Shown here piece after piece: positions 21,082 to 34,382 of a stretch of DNA of 64,000 nt. The notes beneath the pieces were generated by a model. The model did no database searches and was not told the origin of the DNA. It saw only the letters and a program-made list of their open reading frames with translations. The first letter of the stretch is position 1. Each line of letters begins with the position of its first letter. This stretch comes from Rhynchopus sp. YZ270_cl-10 (lineage: Eukaryota): assembly GCA_964035575.1 (NCBI GenBank), contig OZ037835.1:1922001-1986000 (forward strand). Direction: 5' to 3'. A program made the position numbers and the translations under genes.

Positions 21082-24000
21082 ATGAAAGTGTCGTTGCGGA
21101 ACCTGAACATCCTGCTTGCGCTAGCCTGCATTGTGATCACAGCCGTGGTGTGCATGGTGATGAGCATCACGAGTGCCGACGATGCACTGGCCGACACAAA
21201 CACGCTCGTTGAGAGCACTGCTGACCGATGCTTTGGCACCGGGGACGCGTCCTTGCGGGAAGCACTGGAGGACTACCTGACGTCTGTGCAGGAGGGAGCC
21301 TCGCAGATCATTGTCAACTTCCTTTCCGTGCACCGTGTCCGTACGCAGAAGCTGGCTGCTGAGATGGGTTCGTTCCCACCAGAGGTGACTGAGTCGTGGG
21401 CGTTCATGGACGAGAAGAGTTCCTCAATGATGAACGAGCTCCGTATGTTCAACGATATGGGGGCAACCGGGATTTCCCTTATAGGGCGCAAGGGACAGTC
21501 CATTACGATATACGAAGACTATCGCACGATCTCAAACCCAGTTGGCGGGTACCATCACTACATGGCGGATAGGAGCAACGGCAGCGACTACGATGCTGAG
21601 GCAGGTGCACCGGCAGCGTCACGCTTTGTGAGCGGCACTACGGATCCGTACACAGGTCAGTTTATTGCTCCAGAGAACTCGACGTACCGATCAACCGACG
21701 GGCTGCAGCTGGGATGCACGCATGAAGGCAGGGCATTCGAAACGAACGGTGCACAGCCTGCGCCTCGCTGCCTAATGCGGGAGTACAACGTAGACGGCGT
21801 GTATTCCTTATCCGACTTCGTGCAGGTGCATGGTGAGGCTGGTGTGCGGTGGACTGCTCTCTTCCCTCTCCCTCCGTACCTCGTTCTCTTGATGGTCGGC
21901 ACATGGTCACATGAGACGGCAAACGGTGCGCAGCTTGGTACTGTCATGAACGGTTTTGATGTGCGTGCCATGTCACGTGAGCTGAAGCGTCTCAAGCTTG
22001 GGAAGGGAGGGCCCGCGTCAAAGGGAAGGCTGTACACGTCTGTGAATAGTAACTGGATGTACGATGTGTCGGGTGTCCCGTACTTCAACCAGAAGTACGT
22101 TCTGACTGCAGTTTCGCACGGAGAGTATGTGTTTCTTGTTTTCTTTTGTTTTATTCTGCAGAGCTCAAGCAAGAAGGGGCACTTCTTGGCATTTTATTGA
22201 TATGGTGGGTGTCCAGGGTGCGGTACGGCTTTCGTGCCTGGTGTGGCACCTATCCAGGGCGGCACCGTGCGGGACCTTCTCCTTGTTTGGTTCACATATA
22301 CAAAGACCCATCAAAGTGCTTATAATGCTGGTTGACCGGAAATGGTCCCTCGGGTTAAAGTTGGTAACAATGGTGTGGCGCGGATCACGAAAACAGCCTT
22401 GATTTAGTTAACACGAACCCCAGGTAAACTGAAACACCACATCACAGCGGTCACGCTTATGACCCAGCGACTATGGTCTCCTCCCCCCTGCCCGATGTTA
22501 ACGCAACGGACGAGATCATCAGCTCCACCGCGCGACACATTCACGCTGTCGACGGGCGCTACGAGGCGATGGCGAACAAGACCATTTATGAATACCCGAT
22601 CTCCGTCAACGGGACTGAGGAGCAGTTCTTCTTGAGGTATGTGCCAGGTGGCATGTTTTGTTTAGGTGACTAAGCATGAGGGGCTGAGGGTCATTTTACA
22701 AACTTTTCTTTGTTTCTCTTCCAGTTTGTGTCTTTTGCTGGATGGCTTTTGTCCAATGAATGGCACCACACCACGACACAGAGTGCAACGCGTGAACGAC
22801 GGCTACGGTGTGGACTGGTGGATCGTGATCACCCTCGACCGAGAGTACATACTTGGCGATATTGACCGGAGCACACTTGCTGCACAGGAGCGCATCCGTG
22901 ACGAGGTTGACAGCGTGGATGAGAAGCTTGTGCGTTCTCGCATCATCCTTGTTGTGACTGTTGTGGTTGCAAGTGTGCTGCTGATGCTGCTGGCACTGAT
23001 GCTGGTCCTCCGCATTGTCGCACCTTTGGTACAGCTGCAGGAGGAGATGGCGCGTGTGGCTGTGATGAACCTGTCGCAGGTGGACGAGACACGTGCCATC
23101 AGCAACATCGAGGAGGTGGGACACATGCAGACGTCGTTCCTGCAGATGCTTCGCAACCTGAAGGAGTACCGCAACTACATGCCTGCCTCTGTGCTGGTTG
23201 AGGATGTGCCGCAGACGGAGGAGGATGAGGAGAGCGCGTTGGACAACAAGACGCAAACATCGCACGGCAGCCGTAGCGATGGCTCCGTACCTGCGTCACC
23301 CACTGCACAGCACCAGTTCCTCACCATGCAGAAGCTTGACCACAAGAAGGTGGCCCTTTCTGTGGTGAACCTTCGCGGCTTCTTTGAAGCCTCACGTGAG
23401 TTGCCGAGTGGCGAGATGCAGGCACGCCACACGGAGTACCTGAGCACGGTGCTGTCCATCACGACCGCATGCAACGGTGTGAACGACGGCTTCTCAGGCG
23501 ACCGTGTCTTGACGCACTGGAACGGTGCACGCCACTGCAGCTCGGCGAAGCTGCAGGCAGCGAAGTTCTCGCACAGGGTGCGCTCTCACAAGACGCTGCT
23601 GGCACAGAAGTGGACACTCTCGATGGCCTTCGTCTGTGCAGAGGTGCGCTGTGGGAACATGGGCTGCGAGGGCATGAAGAAGTACACCTTCCTTGGCGGG
23701 TGTGTGCCGTGGCTGCACGCACTCGAGAGACTCAACAAAACGTACGGCACAACGATCCTGCACAACGTCACGCACTCGTCCGTTGCGAATGCCTTCTACT
23801 CCAAGACTGTCGCCTGTGTGTCGTACCCAAAGTTCCGCTCAAAACTAGTCCTGAGCGAGCTGCGTGAGGAGATGGAGACCCAGAACGAGGAATGGATGTA
23901 CCAGCTGGACAAATGTGTAGCAGCAAACCCTTATGAGTGCTACAACGCTGCCATGGCGCATGTCTTCGCAGCACACTGGGACGACGCTGCTGCTGTGGCG

Positions 24001-24114
24001 GAGAAGCTTGGCGACACTGACAGAGCGGAGTTCGAGAAACACTTCACTGCAGCAAGGGCGGTGTGCGAGACGGAGTATAAGCTTGAGCCTGTCTTGTCGG
24101 TTGCGGATATATGA
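21082..24114 (+). CDS. Receptor-type adenylate/guanylate cyclase-like protein, copy 1; join(21082..22124,22448..22636,22782..24114), 854 aa
   Basis: Two GTATGT..CACAG introns restore one frame. Architecture: TM1, large ectodomain ending in Cache-like GVDWWIVI, TM2, HAMP (APLVQLQEEMARVAVMNL..SNIEEVGHMQTSF), class III cyclase-like domain (VVNLRGF, FSGDRV, GNMGCEGMKKYTFLG). Confidence 0.88.
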
Positions 24115-25857
24115 AAGTTTTGGGTTGTTTTTTTTTGTCCGTTTGGGTTTGGAACAGCAACGTCTTGGCCTACCAGGCGGCACTACCTTATTTTTGAGAA
24201 CCTCACCCTTCTTCTTTGTCCTGGGCTGTGACATTCAATTGCATCCGGGGGTCTTGTTGGCCTCCTGAAACTCTATGAAGGTTGCACCTGAGGGTGGAAC
24301 GTTAGATGTTTCGTACTGTAAGTCTTCGATTTTTTTCTCGTGCTGCACGCTGCCACTCCAGCTGAACGCTCCTTCCGGGGTGATCAATGGAAACAGGCAG
24401 CGGCGTCACAGGAGCAGAAGTGGTGCGTAAGACAGCAGCTGCCACATCATTGTGTGTGAGTACAGAGAACAGAAGAAGGCAGACGCCTGCCACTGAGGTG
24501 GCGGCGCGTAAGAAGGGAATATTGCAGGTGTGCGACATCTACAGCTGAATGCGGTGTGCTGATTGTGAACACAACAACATCGACACAGACAAATGCTGTG
24601 CGACGCACCACTGTGAACTGACGACCCTTTGGAAGGATGTGAAGCTCGCGACCCATGCAGTCTACACAGTGTATCAGGATGTAGACTGTGTGCAGGAGCG
24701 GCCTCGGCGGTTATCGACACAGCAGTGTTGCACAGCACACAACAAAGGTGCTAGCGACCTCTGTAAGCGAAATGCGGGGAAGCAAAAGAAGGACGGAAGG
24801 GGATGCCGACGTTGTCTACGGCAAGGTGCTGTAAGAAGGGAGGCCATGATTCGCAGCGAACGCTCTCTTTTAGTTGTACGATAACGAAGCTGCGTGGCGC
24901 CATCCTCTTTCTTCTCCGTCTTCTGGCGGTTGGTAGAAAGGGGGGTGGATCACGACAACAAGTTTATATGCTTCACAGCAATGAAATCATCACTGGGCAC
25001 GAATGTTTCACATGCTGGTTTGATTATTTTCTTGGCAACAGCAGACTCATGAGACTGGGGGGTGAGTTTGCGACAATCGCCTCCTTTCTCTGGTGCTTTT
25101 TTTACTTAGAGTACCTCGCACTAGGCGAGGTGTGACTACCTACGAACCATTTGCGAAGTGTGACTGAGTGTGGGGATGCGTTCAAGAATAAACTCTTTCC
25201 CCCCAAACCCCCTTTCGTCTCCAGTTTTCTTTATCCAAACGGATCGATTGGAGTGTGTTCTAGTAACCTTTTTTGGTGTACCACAGACGAAGCGATAGGA
25301 ATCTGGCTCGTTTTCCAGATGTTAAATCTGGTTCCCAGATCTGGCAGATCTGGCCAGATCTGGCAGTATCCCGTGATTAAATACTGTTTCTCTCTTTTTC
25401 TGTCTTGTTAATACCGTATAAGGAACTATTCTGGGTCGTGACTATTTTGAGGCAGAAATATTCCGGGCGGAACAAAACTGGGACACTTGGGATTTTTTGG
25501 GGTGTCCCAGTTTTGTTCCGGCCCTAGAATAATTCTTTTTACGGTATTCATTGTCTCATTTCACTGCCCTTTGTTTGTACTCCCCAACTCCCATTCAATC
25601 GACACTCAGGGGATGCGTTCAATGAAATCATTGGCGTAGAAAAGTTCGAGGATGTAGGTTTTATTATTTCTTTCCGGTGTAAGCGGGGTTTACCCCTAGG
25701 GCTTTGCTACCCTGCATGCGTTTGAGCACGTGTCAACTACCTCTTGTGCTTGTTTCCCACAAAAATGATCTTCACTTCACCACACCCACAACCCACCCAC
25801 AGTCAGGTGTTGCTGCACCCCACCACCCCACTGCCCGAAGAGGATCTTTCAGCGAAG

Positions 25858-28800
25858 ATGAAAGTGTCGTTGCGGAACCTGAACATCCTGCTTGCGCTAG
25901 CCTGCATTGTGATCACAGCCGTGGTGTGCATGGTGATGAGCATCACGAGTGCCGACGATGCACTGGCCGACACAAACACGCTCGTTGAGAGCACTGCTGA
26001 CCAATGCTTTGGCACCGGGGACACGTCCTTGCGGGCAGCACTGGAGGACTACCTGACGTCTGTGCAGGAGGGAGCCTCGCAGATCATTGTCAACTTCCTT
26101 TCCGTGCACCGTGTCCGTACGCAGAAGCTGGCTGCTGAGATGGGTTCGTTCCCACCGGAGGTGACTGAGTCGTGGGCGTTCATGGACGAGAAGAGTTCCT
26201 CAATGATGAATGAGCTCCGTATGTTCAACGACATGGGGGCAACCGGGGTCTCCCTGATGGGGCGTAAGGGACAGTTCATTACAGTGTACGAAGACTATCG
26301 CACGATCTCAAACCCAGTTGGCGGGTACCATCACTACATGACGAATAGGAACAACGGCAGCGACTACGATGCTGAGGCAGGTGCACCGGCAGTGTCACGC
26401 ACTGTGAGCGGCACTACGGATCCGTACACAGGTCAGTTTCTTGCTCCAGAGAACTCGACGTACCGATCAACGAACGGGCTGCAGCTGGGATGCACGCATG
26501 AAGGCAGGGCATTCGAAACGAACGGTGCACAGCCTGCGCCTCGCTGCCTAACATGGGGGACCGACACACAAAGCGTGTATTCGTTATCAGACTTCTTGCA
26601 GGTGCATGGTGAGGCAGGTGTGCGGTGGACTGCTCTCTTCTCTGCACCGCCATACGTCATTCTCGTGATGATCGGCACATGGTCACACGAGACGGCAAAC
26701 GGTGCGCAGCTTGGTGCTGTCATGAACGGTTTTGACGTGCGTGCCATGTCACGTGAGCTGAAGCGTCTCAAGCTCGGGAAGGGAGGGCCCGCGTCAAAGG
26801 GAAGGCTCTACACGTCTGTGAATAGTAACTGGATGTACGATGTGTCGGGGGTACCAGACTTCGACCAGAAGTACGTTCTGACTGCAGTTTCGCACGGAGA
26901 GTATGTGCTTCTTGCTTATTTGTTTTTGTTTTCTTCTGCACAGAACTCAAGCTAGAAGAGGCACTTCTTGGCATTTTAGTGAAATGATGTCCAGGGTGCG
27001 GTACGGCTTTCGTGCCTGGTGTGGCACCTATCCAGGGCGGCACCGTGCGGGACCTTCTCCTTGTTTGGTTCACATCAGATATAAAGACCTATACTGGACT
27101 GAAAATGGCCCCTCAGGTAAAAGTTGGTAACAATGGTGTGGCGGATCATGAAAGCAGCCTTGATTTAACGTGTGCGTACACATTATCAACCGTACCATTT
27201 CAAGATTTTGTGGAAGTTCGACCTTTTTTACGGTCGATAATTTGTACGAACACGGTAGTTAACACGAAACAGCCTAGCCGAAACACCACATCACAGCGGT
27301 CACGCTTATGACCCAGCGACTATGGTCGCCTCACCCCTGCCCGATGTTAACGCAACGGACGAGATCATCAGCTCCACCGCCCGACACATTCACGCTGTCG
27401 ACGGGCGCTACGAGGCGATGGCGAACAAGACCATTTATGAATACCCGATCTCCGTCAACGGGACTGAGGAGCAGTTCTTCTTGCGGTATGTGCCAGGTGG
27501 CATGTTTTGTTTAGGTGACTAAGCACGAGAGGCTTAGGGTCATTTTACAAACTTTTCTTTGTTTCTCTTCCAGTTTGTGTCTTTTGCTGGATGGCTTTTG
27601 TCCAATGAATGGCACCACACCACGACACAGAGTGCAACGCGTGAACGACGGCTACGGTGTGGACTGGTGGATCGTGATCACCCTCGACCGAGAGTACATA
27701 CTTGGCGACATTGACCGGAGCACACTTGCTGCACAGGAGCGCATCCGTGACGAGGTTGACAGCGTGGATGAGAAGCTTGTGCGTTCTCGCATCATCCTTG
27801 TTGTGACTGTTGTGGTGGCAAGTGTGCTGCTGATGCTGCTGGCACTGATGCTGGTCCTCCGCATTGTCGCACCTTTGGTACAGCTGCAGGAGGAGATGGC
27901 GCGTGTGGCTGTGATGAACCTGTCGCAGGTGGACGAGACACGTGCCATCAGCAACATCGAGGAGGTGGGACACATGCAGACGTCGTTCCTGCAGATGCTT
28001 CGCAACCTGAAGGAGTACCGCAACTACATGCCTGCCTCTGTGCTGGTTGAGGATGCGTTGCGGGCTGAGACTGAGACAGAGACGGAGGAGGAGGAGGAGG
28101 AGGAGAGCGAATTGGACAGCAAGACGCAAAGATCGCACAGCACTGGCTCCGTACCTGCGTCACCCACTGCACAGCACCAGTTCCTCACCATGCAGAAGCT
28201 TGACCACAAGAAGGTGGCCCTTTCTGTGGTGAACCTTCGCGGCTTCTTTGAAGCCTCACGTGAGTTGCCGAGTGGCGAGATGCAGGCACGCCACACGGAG
28301 TACCTGAGCACGGTGCTGTCCATCACGACCGCATGCAACGGTGTGAACGACGGCTTCTCAGGCGACCGTGTCTTGACGCACTGGAACGGTGCACGCCACT
28401 GCAGCTCGGCGAAGCTGCAGGCAGCGAAGTTCTCGCACAGGGTGCGCACTCACAAGACGCTGTTGGCACAGAAGTGGACACTCTCGATGGCCTTCGTCTG
28501 TGCAGAGGTGCGCTGTGGGAACATGGGCTGCGAGGGCATGAAGAAGTACACCTTCCTTGGCGGGTGTGTGCCGTGGCTGCACGCACTCGAGAGACTCAAC
28601 AAAACGTACGGCACAACGATCCTGCACGACAACGTCACGCACTCGTCCGTTGCGAATGCCTTCTACTCCAAGACTGTCGCCTGTGTGTCGTACCCAAAGT
28701 TCCGTGCGAAACTAGTCATGAGCGAGCTACGTGAGGAGATGGAGACCCAGAACGAGGAGTGGATGTACCAGCTGGACAAATGTGTAGCAGCAAACCCTTA

Positions 28801-28981
28801 TGGGTGCTACAACGCTGCCATGGCGCATGTCTTCGCAGCACAGTGGGACGACGCTGCTGCTGTGGCAGAGAAGCTTGGCGACACTGACAGAGCGGAGTTC
28901 GAGAAACACTTCACTGCAGCAAGGGCGGTGTGCGAGACGGAGTATAAGCTTGAGCCTGTCTTGTCGGTTGCGGATATATGA
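25858..28981 (+). CDS. Receptor-type adenylate/guanylate cyclase-like protein, copy 2; join(25858..26900,27297..27485,27631..28981), 860 aa
   Basis: Tandem paralogue of the 21082 gene with identical exon 1 and exon 2 lengths (1043, 189 nt) and identical intron positions. Confidence 0.88.
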
Positions 28982-30249
28982 AAGTTTTGGGTTGTTTTTT
29001 TTTGTCCGTTTGGGTTTGGAACAGCAACGTCTTGGCCTACCAGGCGGCACTACCTTATTTTTGAGAACCTCACCCTTCTTCTTTGTCCTGGGCTGTGACA
29101 TTCAATTGCATCCGGGGGTCTTGTTGGCCTCCTGAAACTCTATGAAGGTTGCACCTGAGGGTGGAACGTTAGATGTTTCGTACTGTAAGTCTTCGATTTT
29201 TTTCTCGTGCTGCACGCTGCCACTCCAGCTGAACGCTCCTTCCGGGGTGATCAATGGAAACAGGCAGCGGCGTCACAGGAGCAAGGCAGAAGTGGTGCGT
29301 AAGACAGCAGCTGCCACATCATTGCGTGTTCGAACAGAGAACAGAAGAAGGCAGACGCCTGCCACTGAGGTGGAAGCGCGTAAGAAGGGCATATCACAGG
29401 CTTGTGACGTACACAGCAGAATGCGGTGTGCTGATTGTGAACACAACAACATCGACACAGACAAATGCTGTGCGACGCACCACTGTGAACTGACGACCCT
29501 TTGGAAGGATGTGAAGCTCGCGACCCATGCAGTCTACACAGTGTATCAGGATGTAGACTGTGTGCAGGAGCGGCCTCGGCGGTTATCGACACAGCAGTGT
29601 TGCACAGCACACAACAAAGGTGCTAGCGACCTCTGTAAGCGAAATGCGGGGAAGCAAAAGAAGGACGGAAGGGGATGCCGACGTTGTCTACGGCAAGGTG
29701 CTGTAAGAAGGGAGGCCATGATTCGCAGCGAACGCTCTCTTTTAGTTGTACGATAACGAAGCTGCGTGGCGCCATCCTCTTTCTTCTCCGTCTTCTGGCG
29801 GTTGGTAGAAAGGGGGGTGGATCACGACAACAAGTTTATATGCTTCACAGCAATGAAATCATCACTGGGCACGAATGTTTCACATGCTGGTTTGATTATT
29901 TTCTTGGCAACAGCAGACTCATGAGACTGGGGGGTGAGTTTGCGACAATCGCCTCCTTTCTCTGGTGATTTTTTTACTTAGAGTACCTCGCACTAGGCGA
30001 GGTGTGACCACCTATGAAACATTTGCGAAGTGTGACTGAGTGTGGGGATGCGTTCAAGAATAAACTCTTTCCCAAACCCCCTTTAGTCTCTGGTATTCTA
30101 TATCCAAAACATCGAGTGGAGTGCGTAATAATGATCTCTTTTGTATACAACACACGAAGCGGTAGGACGGTTGTAAGAAAATAATCCTGAAAGGATCGGA
30201 TTGATTTTGGTTTGAATGATGGGATCGTGTGTGTAATTCGGATTAAATA

Positions 30250-30368
30250 ACGGATACTGCCAGATCTGGCCAGATATAGGGGGCGAAATCCCAGATCTGG
30301 CTCGTTTTCCAGATGTTAAATCTGGTTCCCAATCTGGCAGATCTGGCCAGATCTGGCAGTATCCCGTG
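30250..30368. mobile_element. 119-bp hAT-like MITE with 8-bp TSD ATTAAATA
   Basis: TIR (C)ACGG(G)ATACTGCCAGATCTGGCCAGAT at both ends; ATTAAATA at 30242-30249 and 30369-30376; the paralogous copy at ~25301-25376 lacks its left half. Confidence 0.8.
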
Positions 30369-30425
30369 ATTAAATACTGTTTCTCTCTTTTTCTGTCTTG
30401 TTAATACCGTATAAGGAACTATTTT

Positions 30426-30486
30426 GGGGCGGAACAAAACTGGGACACTTGGGATTTTTTGGGGTGTCCCAGTTTTGTTCCGACCC
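30426..30486. repeat. ~60-bp palindrome/hairpin (also ~25465-25524)
   Basis: CGGAACAAAACTGGGACAC-loop-GTGTCCCAGTTTTGTTCCG, perfect 19-bp stem. Confidence 0.8.
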
Positions 30487-30885
30487 TAGAATAATTCTTT
30501 TTGGGGATGCGTCCAATGAAAATCACGTCAGTAGAAAAGTTCGAGAATGTAGGTTTTATTATTTACGGTATTCATTGTCTCATTTCAGTGCCCTTTGTTT
30601 GTACTCCCCAACTCCCATTCAATCGACACTCAGGAGATGTGTTCAATGAAATCATTTGTGTAGAAAGTTCGAGGATGTAGGTTTTATTATTTCTCCCCGG
30701 TGTAAGCGGGGTTTACCCCTAGGGCTTTGCTACCCTGCATGCGTTTGAGCACGTGTCAACTACCCTTTGTTTGTTTTCCACACAAAGAAACCCACCCCCG
30801 ACTTCATTTGCTGTCCACACTGCCCCACACCCTCTCCTCTTCACCACCACACACCCTTCAGATTAGTTCCCTCTTTTGAACAGAA

Positions 30886-32076
30886 ATGCTTTCCCTAATC
30901 ACAGCCTCTGTGCTGTCCGCATGTCTGTGCCCTGATCCGAAGCACTGTCTACCCTTGACCACACCTCTTGCCACCACGGAGACTGTTGCGTTTGCAACTG
31001 CCGATGATGGATGGAAGCAGTACGACATGGACGGTCTCACGACTATCATTAAGTTTTCCGGCATCACAGAAGTGGCGGATCTCATCTGTGCGGCGCATGC
31101 AAAGGGCGTGCGTGTCGCATACTCGATTGGGTTCCCGCACGACCAGCTGAGCAACGCAACTGCCATTGCCAACTTCGCTGCGAGCGTGTCTGCGACCGTG
31201 CTGTCGACGGGCATGGACGGATTCAACTTCGACATCGAAGGCAACAGTGGCGACGCCGCTGGCCTCACAAGCCTAGTCAAGGAAACGTCTGCAGCGCTGC
31301 GTGCACACAACCCCATCGCCCAGGTCTCGTTCGACTCAGGTATGTGTGCGTTGCATTTATATGAGAACAAAGGCTTTGTGGTGGAAAGTCATTAAACGTC
31401 TGAGACATATAATCCTCACGTGGTGACGCTGGCACAACCCACCCCACACCACGTCTATGGGCTATACTCCACACAGGAGCCACGCAACTACTCACCTTCA
31501 AACACACCTCACACACACACAGGCATCCACGGCAACCCCGCCACCGGCTACAACCTCTCCGCCATTGCCGAACACATCGACTTCTTCATCCCCATGGCCT
31601 ACGATATGTGCTGGGGATCGCACAAAGCCGAGCCGAACAGCCCCATCGCCTCCGTCACCCAGGGTGCCGAGGACTACATGAAGTGGGGCCTTGCACACAA
31701 GACCGTTCTGGGCGTGCCGTGGTACGGCTACGACTTCCCCTGTGCGTCCCCTTCCCCATCTGGGTCGTGCCGTGTGACCGAAACGTTTGTCGGGGCTTGG
31801 GCCAGGAGCTTTGACACGGCGCAGGAGCTTGAGAAGAACGCCACGGTCGCACCGCAGTACACGTCCAGTGGCGACGCACGCTTCTTCTCATACGAGCTGG
31901 CGGGGGTGACGCACCAGCTTTACTACGACGACGTGAAAACACTGCAGCAGAAATACGACCTCGTGACGAAGTCGGGCCTCCGTGGAGTCGCGATGTGGAC
32001 TGCGGACTTTGTGACCAAAAACACGACCGAGGATGTGGCAATGTGGAAGGCCTTCGGCAGTGTCAAGAAGCTGTGA
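30886..32076 (+). CDS. GH18 di-N-acetylchitobiase-like glycoside hydrolase, copy 1; join(30886..31339,31523..32076), 335 aa
   Basis: Signal peptide, CPDPKHC, DGFNFDIE catalytic motif, MAYD, VLGVPWYGYDFPC, YYDD, GLRGVAMW; one phase-1 GTATGT..CACAG intron. Confidence 0.92.
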
Positions 32077-33190
32077 GAAGTGGTGTCAGGATACACACTG
32101 AAAGCCATCATATTGGATCAGTGATGCGCTGCATGGGATGGTCACATCAATGTAAATTTAAGTGTTTTGTTTTTTTAAGGGCGGGTTTCGTTTTTGACTT
32201 CTATTTTTTCAACTCAAGCATCATTCCGCTAGTTAACTGGAAAGACCAATCAGGACCTTCGCAGGGTTTCGGTTGGTGGAAGGGTTGCAAGCCAGGACCT
32301 CCGGATTGCAGTTTTAGTTCCATCTTTGTGAACTGTTCTTTTGAAGACAAAATGTTGACGAGCCCACAAGAACGTCTGACGAACTCCCCCTTGTCCACGT
32401 CTCTGCAGTGGACGGGAGGCTTGTTTTCGTTGCTAACCTATTGTGTGGAATGATGTGATGGGTTTTGCATGGTTGTGCACACACGAGATCGATTCGCAAC
32501 ATTCTTTCTGGAGGATGTGTGGCACATTCGTCATGCAATATCCCCTGTTTTTTTGTGTTCCCTGTTCCCATGCCTCTGAATCCCTTCATTGAGGGTAAAA
32601 CGTATGTGAATAAAAAAAGAGCAAAAAAAAGCACGTGAATAGGAGTGCACAGTGCACTCAGGAGGGGTGGATGCTTCCTTATTTGTTAGTGCCTACTTCC
32701 TGTAGCTTTGCTTTGCAATATTTTTATGTGTGTTGAATAAGTTCGTGTGGGTGTTGACACTGTTGTGTGCTTTTTTTTCTCTGGCATTCCAACGAGTTTA
32801 TTTTCTCCCTTTCGGAGTTTCCCTTTCCTTTTTAAGGAACTACCTGTAGAGGAGGTGCCTGCGTTCACAGAAGCGTCTGCACTTTACAGCTTCTATGTAT
32901 CGTATATTTCCCGCTGAAATTTACAGATTTTTTTCGTTTGTGATGTGTACCTGAGGATCACGAACCTATGTTCGTGGGATATTTGTTTACTTACGGTGCG
33001 GACCACACTCACGTCCCACCCTTTTGCATGAGCTCAAGTGAGATGTGCTTGAGCACGTGTCAACTACGCTTTGTTTGTTTTCCACACAAAGAAACCCACC
33101 CCCGACTTCATTTGCTGTCCACACTGCCCCACACCCCTCTCCTCTTCACCACCACACACCCTTCAGATTAGTTCCCTCTTTTGAACAGAA

Positions 33191-34382
33191 ATGCTTTCCC
33201 TAATCACAGCCTCTGTGCTGTCCGCATGTCTGTGCCCTGATCCGAAGCACTGTCTACCCCTGACCACACCTCTTGCCACCACGGAGACTGTTGCGTTTGC
33301 AACTGCCGATGATGGATGGAAGCAGTACGACATGGACGGTCTCACGACTATCATTAAGTTTTCCGGCATCACAGAAGTGGCGGATCTCATCTGTGCGGCG
33401 CATGCAAAGGGCGTGCGTGTCGCATACTCGATTGGGTTCCCGCACGACCAGCTGAGCAACGCAACTGCCATTGCCAACTTCGCTGCGAGCGTGTCTGCGA
33501 CCGTGCTGTCGACGGGCATGGACGGATTCAACTTCGACATCGAAGGCAACAGTGGCGACGCCGCTGGCCTCACAAGCCTAGTCAAGGAAACGTCTGCAGC
33601 GCTGCGTGCACACAACCCCATCGCCCAGGTCTCGTTCGACTCAGGTATGTGTGCGGTGTGCATTTATATTAGTCTATCAATTCAACCAAAGCTTTGTGGT
33701 GGAAAGTCATTAAACGTCCGAGACATATAAATCCTCGCGTGGTGACGCTGTCCACACCCACCACGTCTATGGGCTATACTCCACACAGGAGCCACGCAAT
33801 TAATCACCTTCACACACACCACACACAGGCATCCACGGCAACCCCGCCACCGGCTACAACCTCTCCGCCATTGCCGAACACATCGACTTCTTCATCCCCA
33901 TGGCCTACGATATGTGCTGGGGATCGCACACAGCTGAGCCGAACAGCCCCATCGCCTCCGTCACCCAGGGTGCCGAGGACTACATGAAGTGGGGCCTTGC
34001 ACACAAGACCGTTCTGGGCGTGCCGTGGTACGGCTACGACTTTCCCTGTGCGTCCCCTTCCCCATCTGGGTCGTGCCGTGTGACCGAAACGTTTGTCGGG
34101 GCTTGGGCCAGGAGCTTTGACACGGCGCAGGAGCTTGAGAAGAACGCCACGGTCGCACCGCAGTACACGTCCAGTGGCGACGCACGCTTCTTCTCATACG
34201 AGCTGGCGGGGGTGACGCATCAGCTTTACTACGACGACGTGAAAACACTGCAGCAGAAATACGACCTCGTGACGAAGTCGGGCCTCCGTGGAGTCGCGAT
34301 GTGGACTGCGGACTTTGTGACCAAAAACACGACTGAGGATGTGGCAATGTGGAAGGCCTTCGGCAGTGTCAAGAAGCTGTGA
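33191..34382 (+). CDS. GH18 di-N-acetylchitobiase-like glycoside hydrolase, copy 2; join(33191..33644,33829..34382), 335 aa
   Basis: Near-identical tandem duplicate (unit ~30745-32935 vs ~33049-35284) with the same exon lengths. Confidence 0.92.

Larger units (their letters stand above)
20997..30785. repeat. Tandem segmental duplication (~4.8-5 kb unit) containing the cyclase-like genes
   Basis: ~20997-25765 aligns to ~25772-30785, including 3' flanks. Confidence 0.9.
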
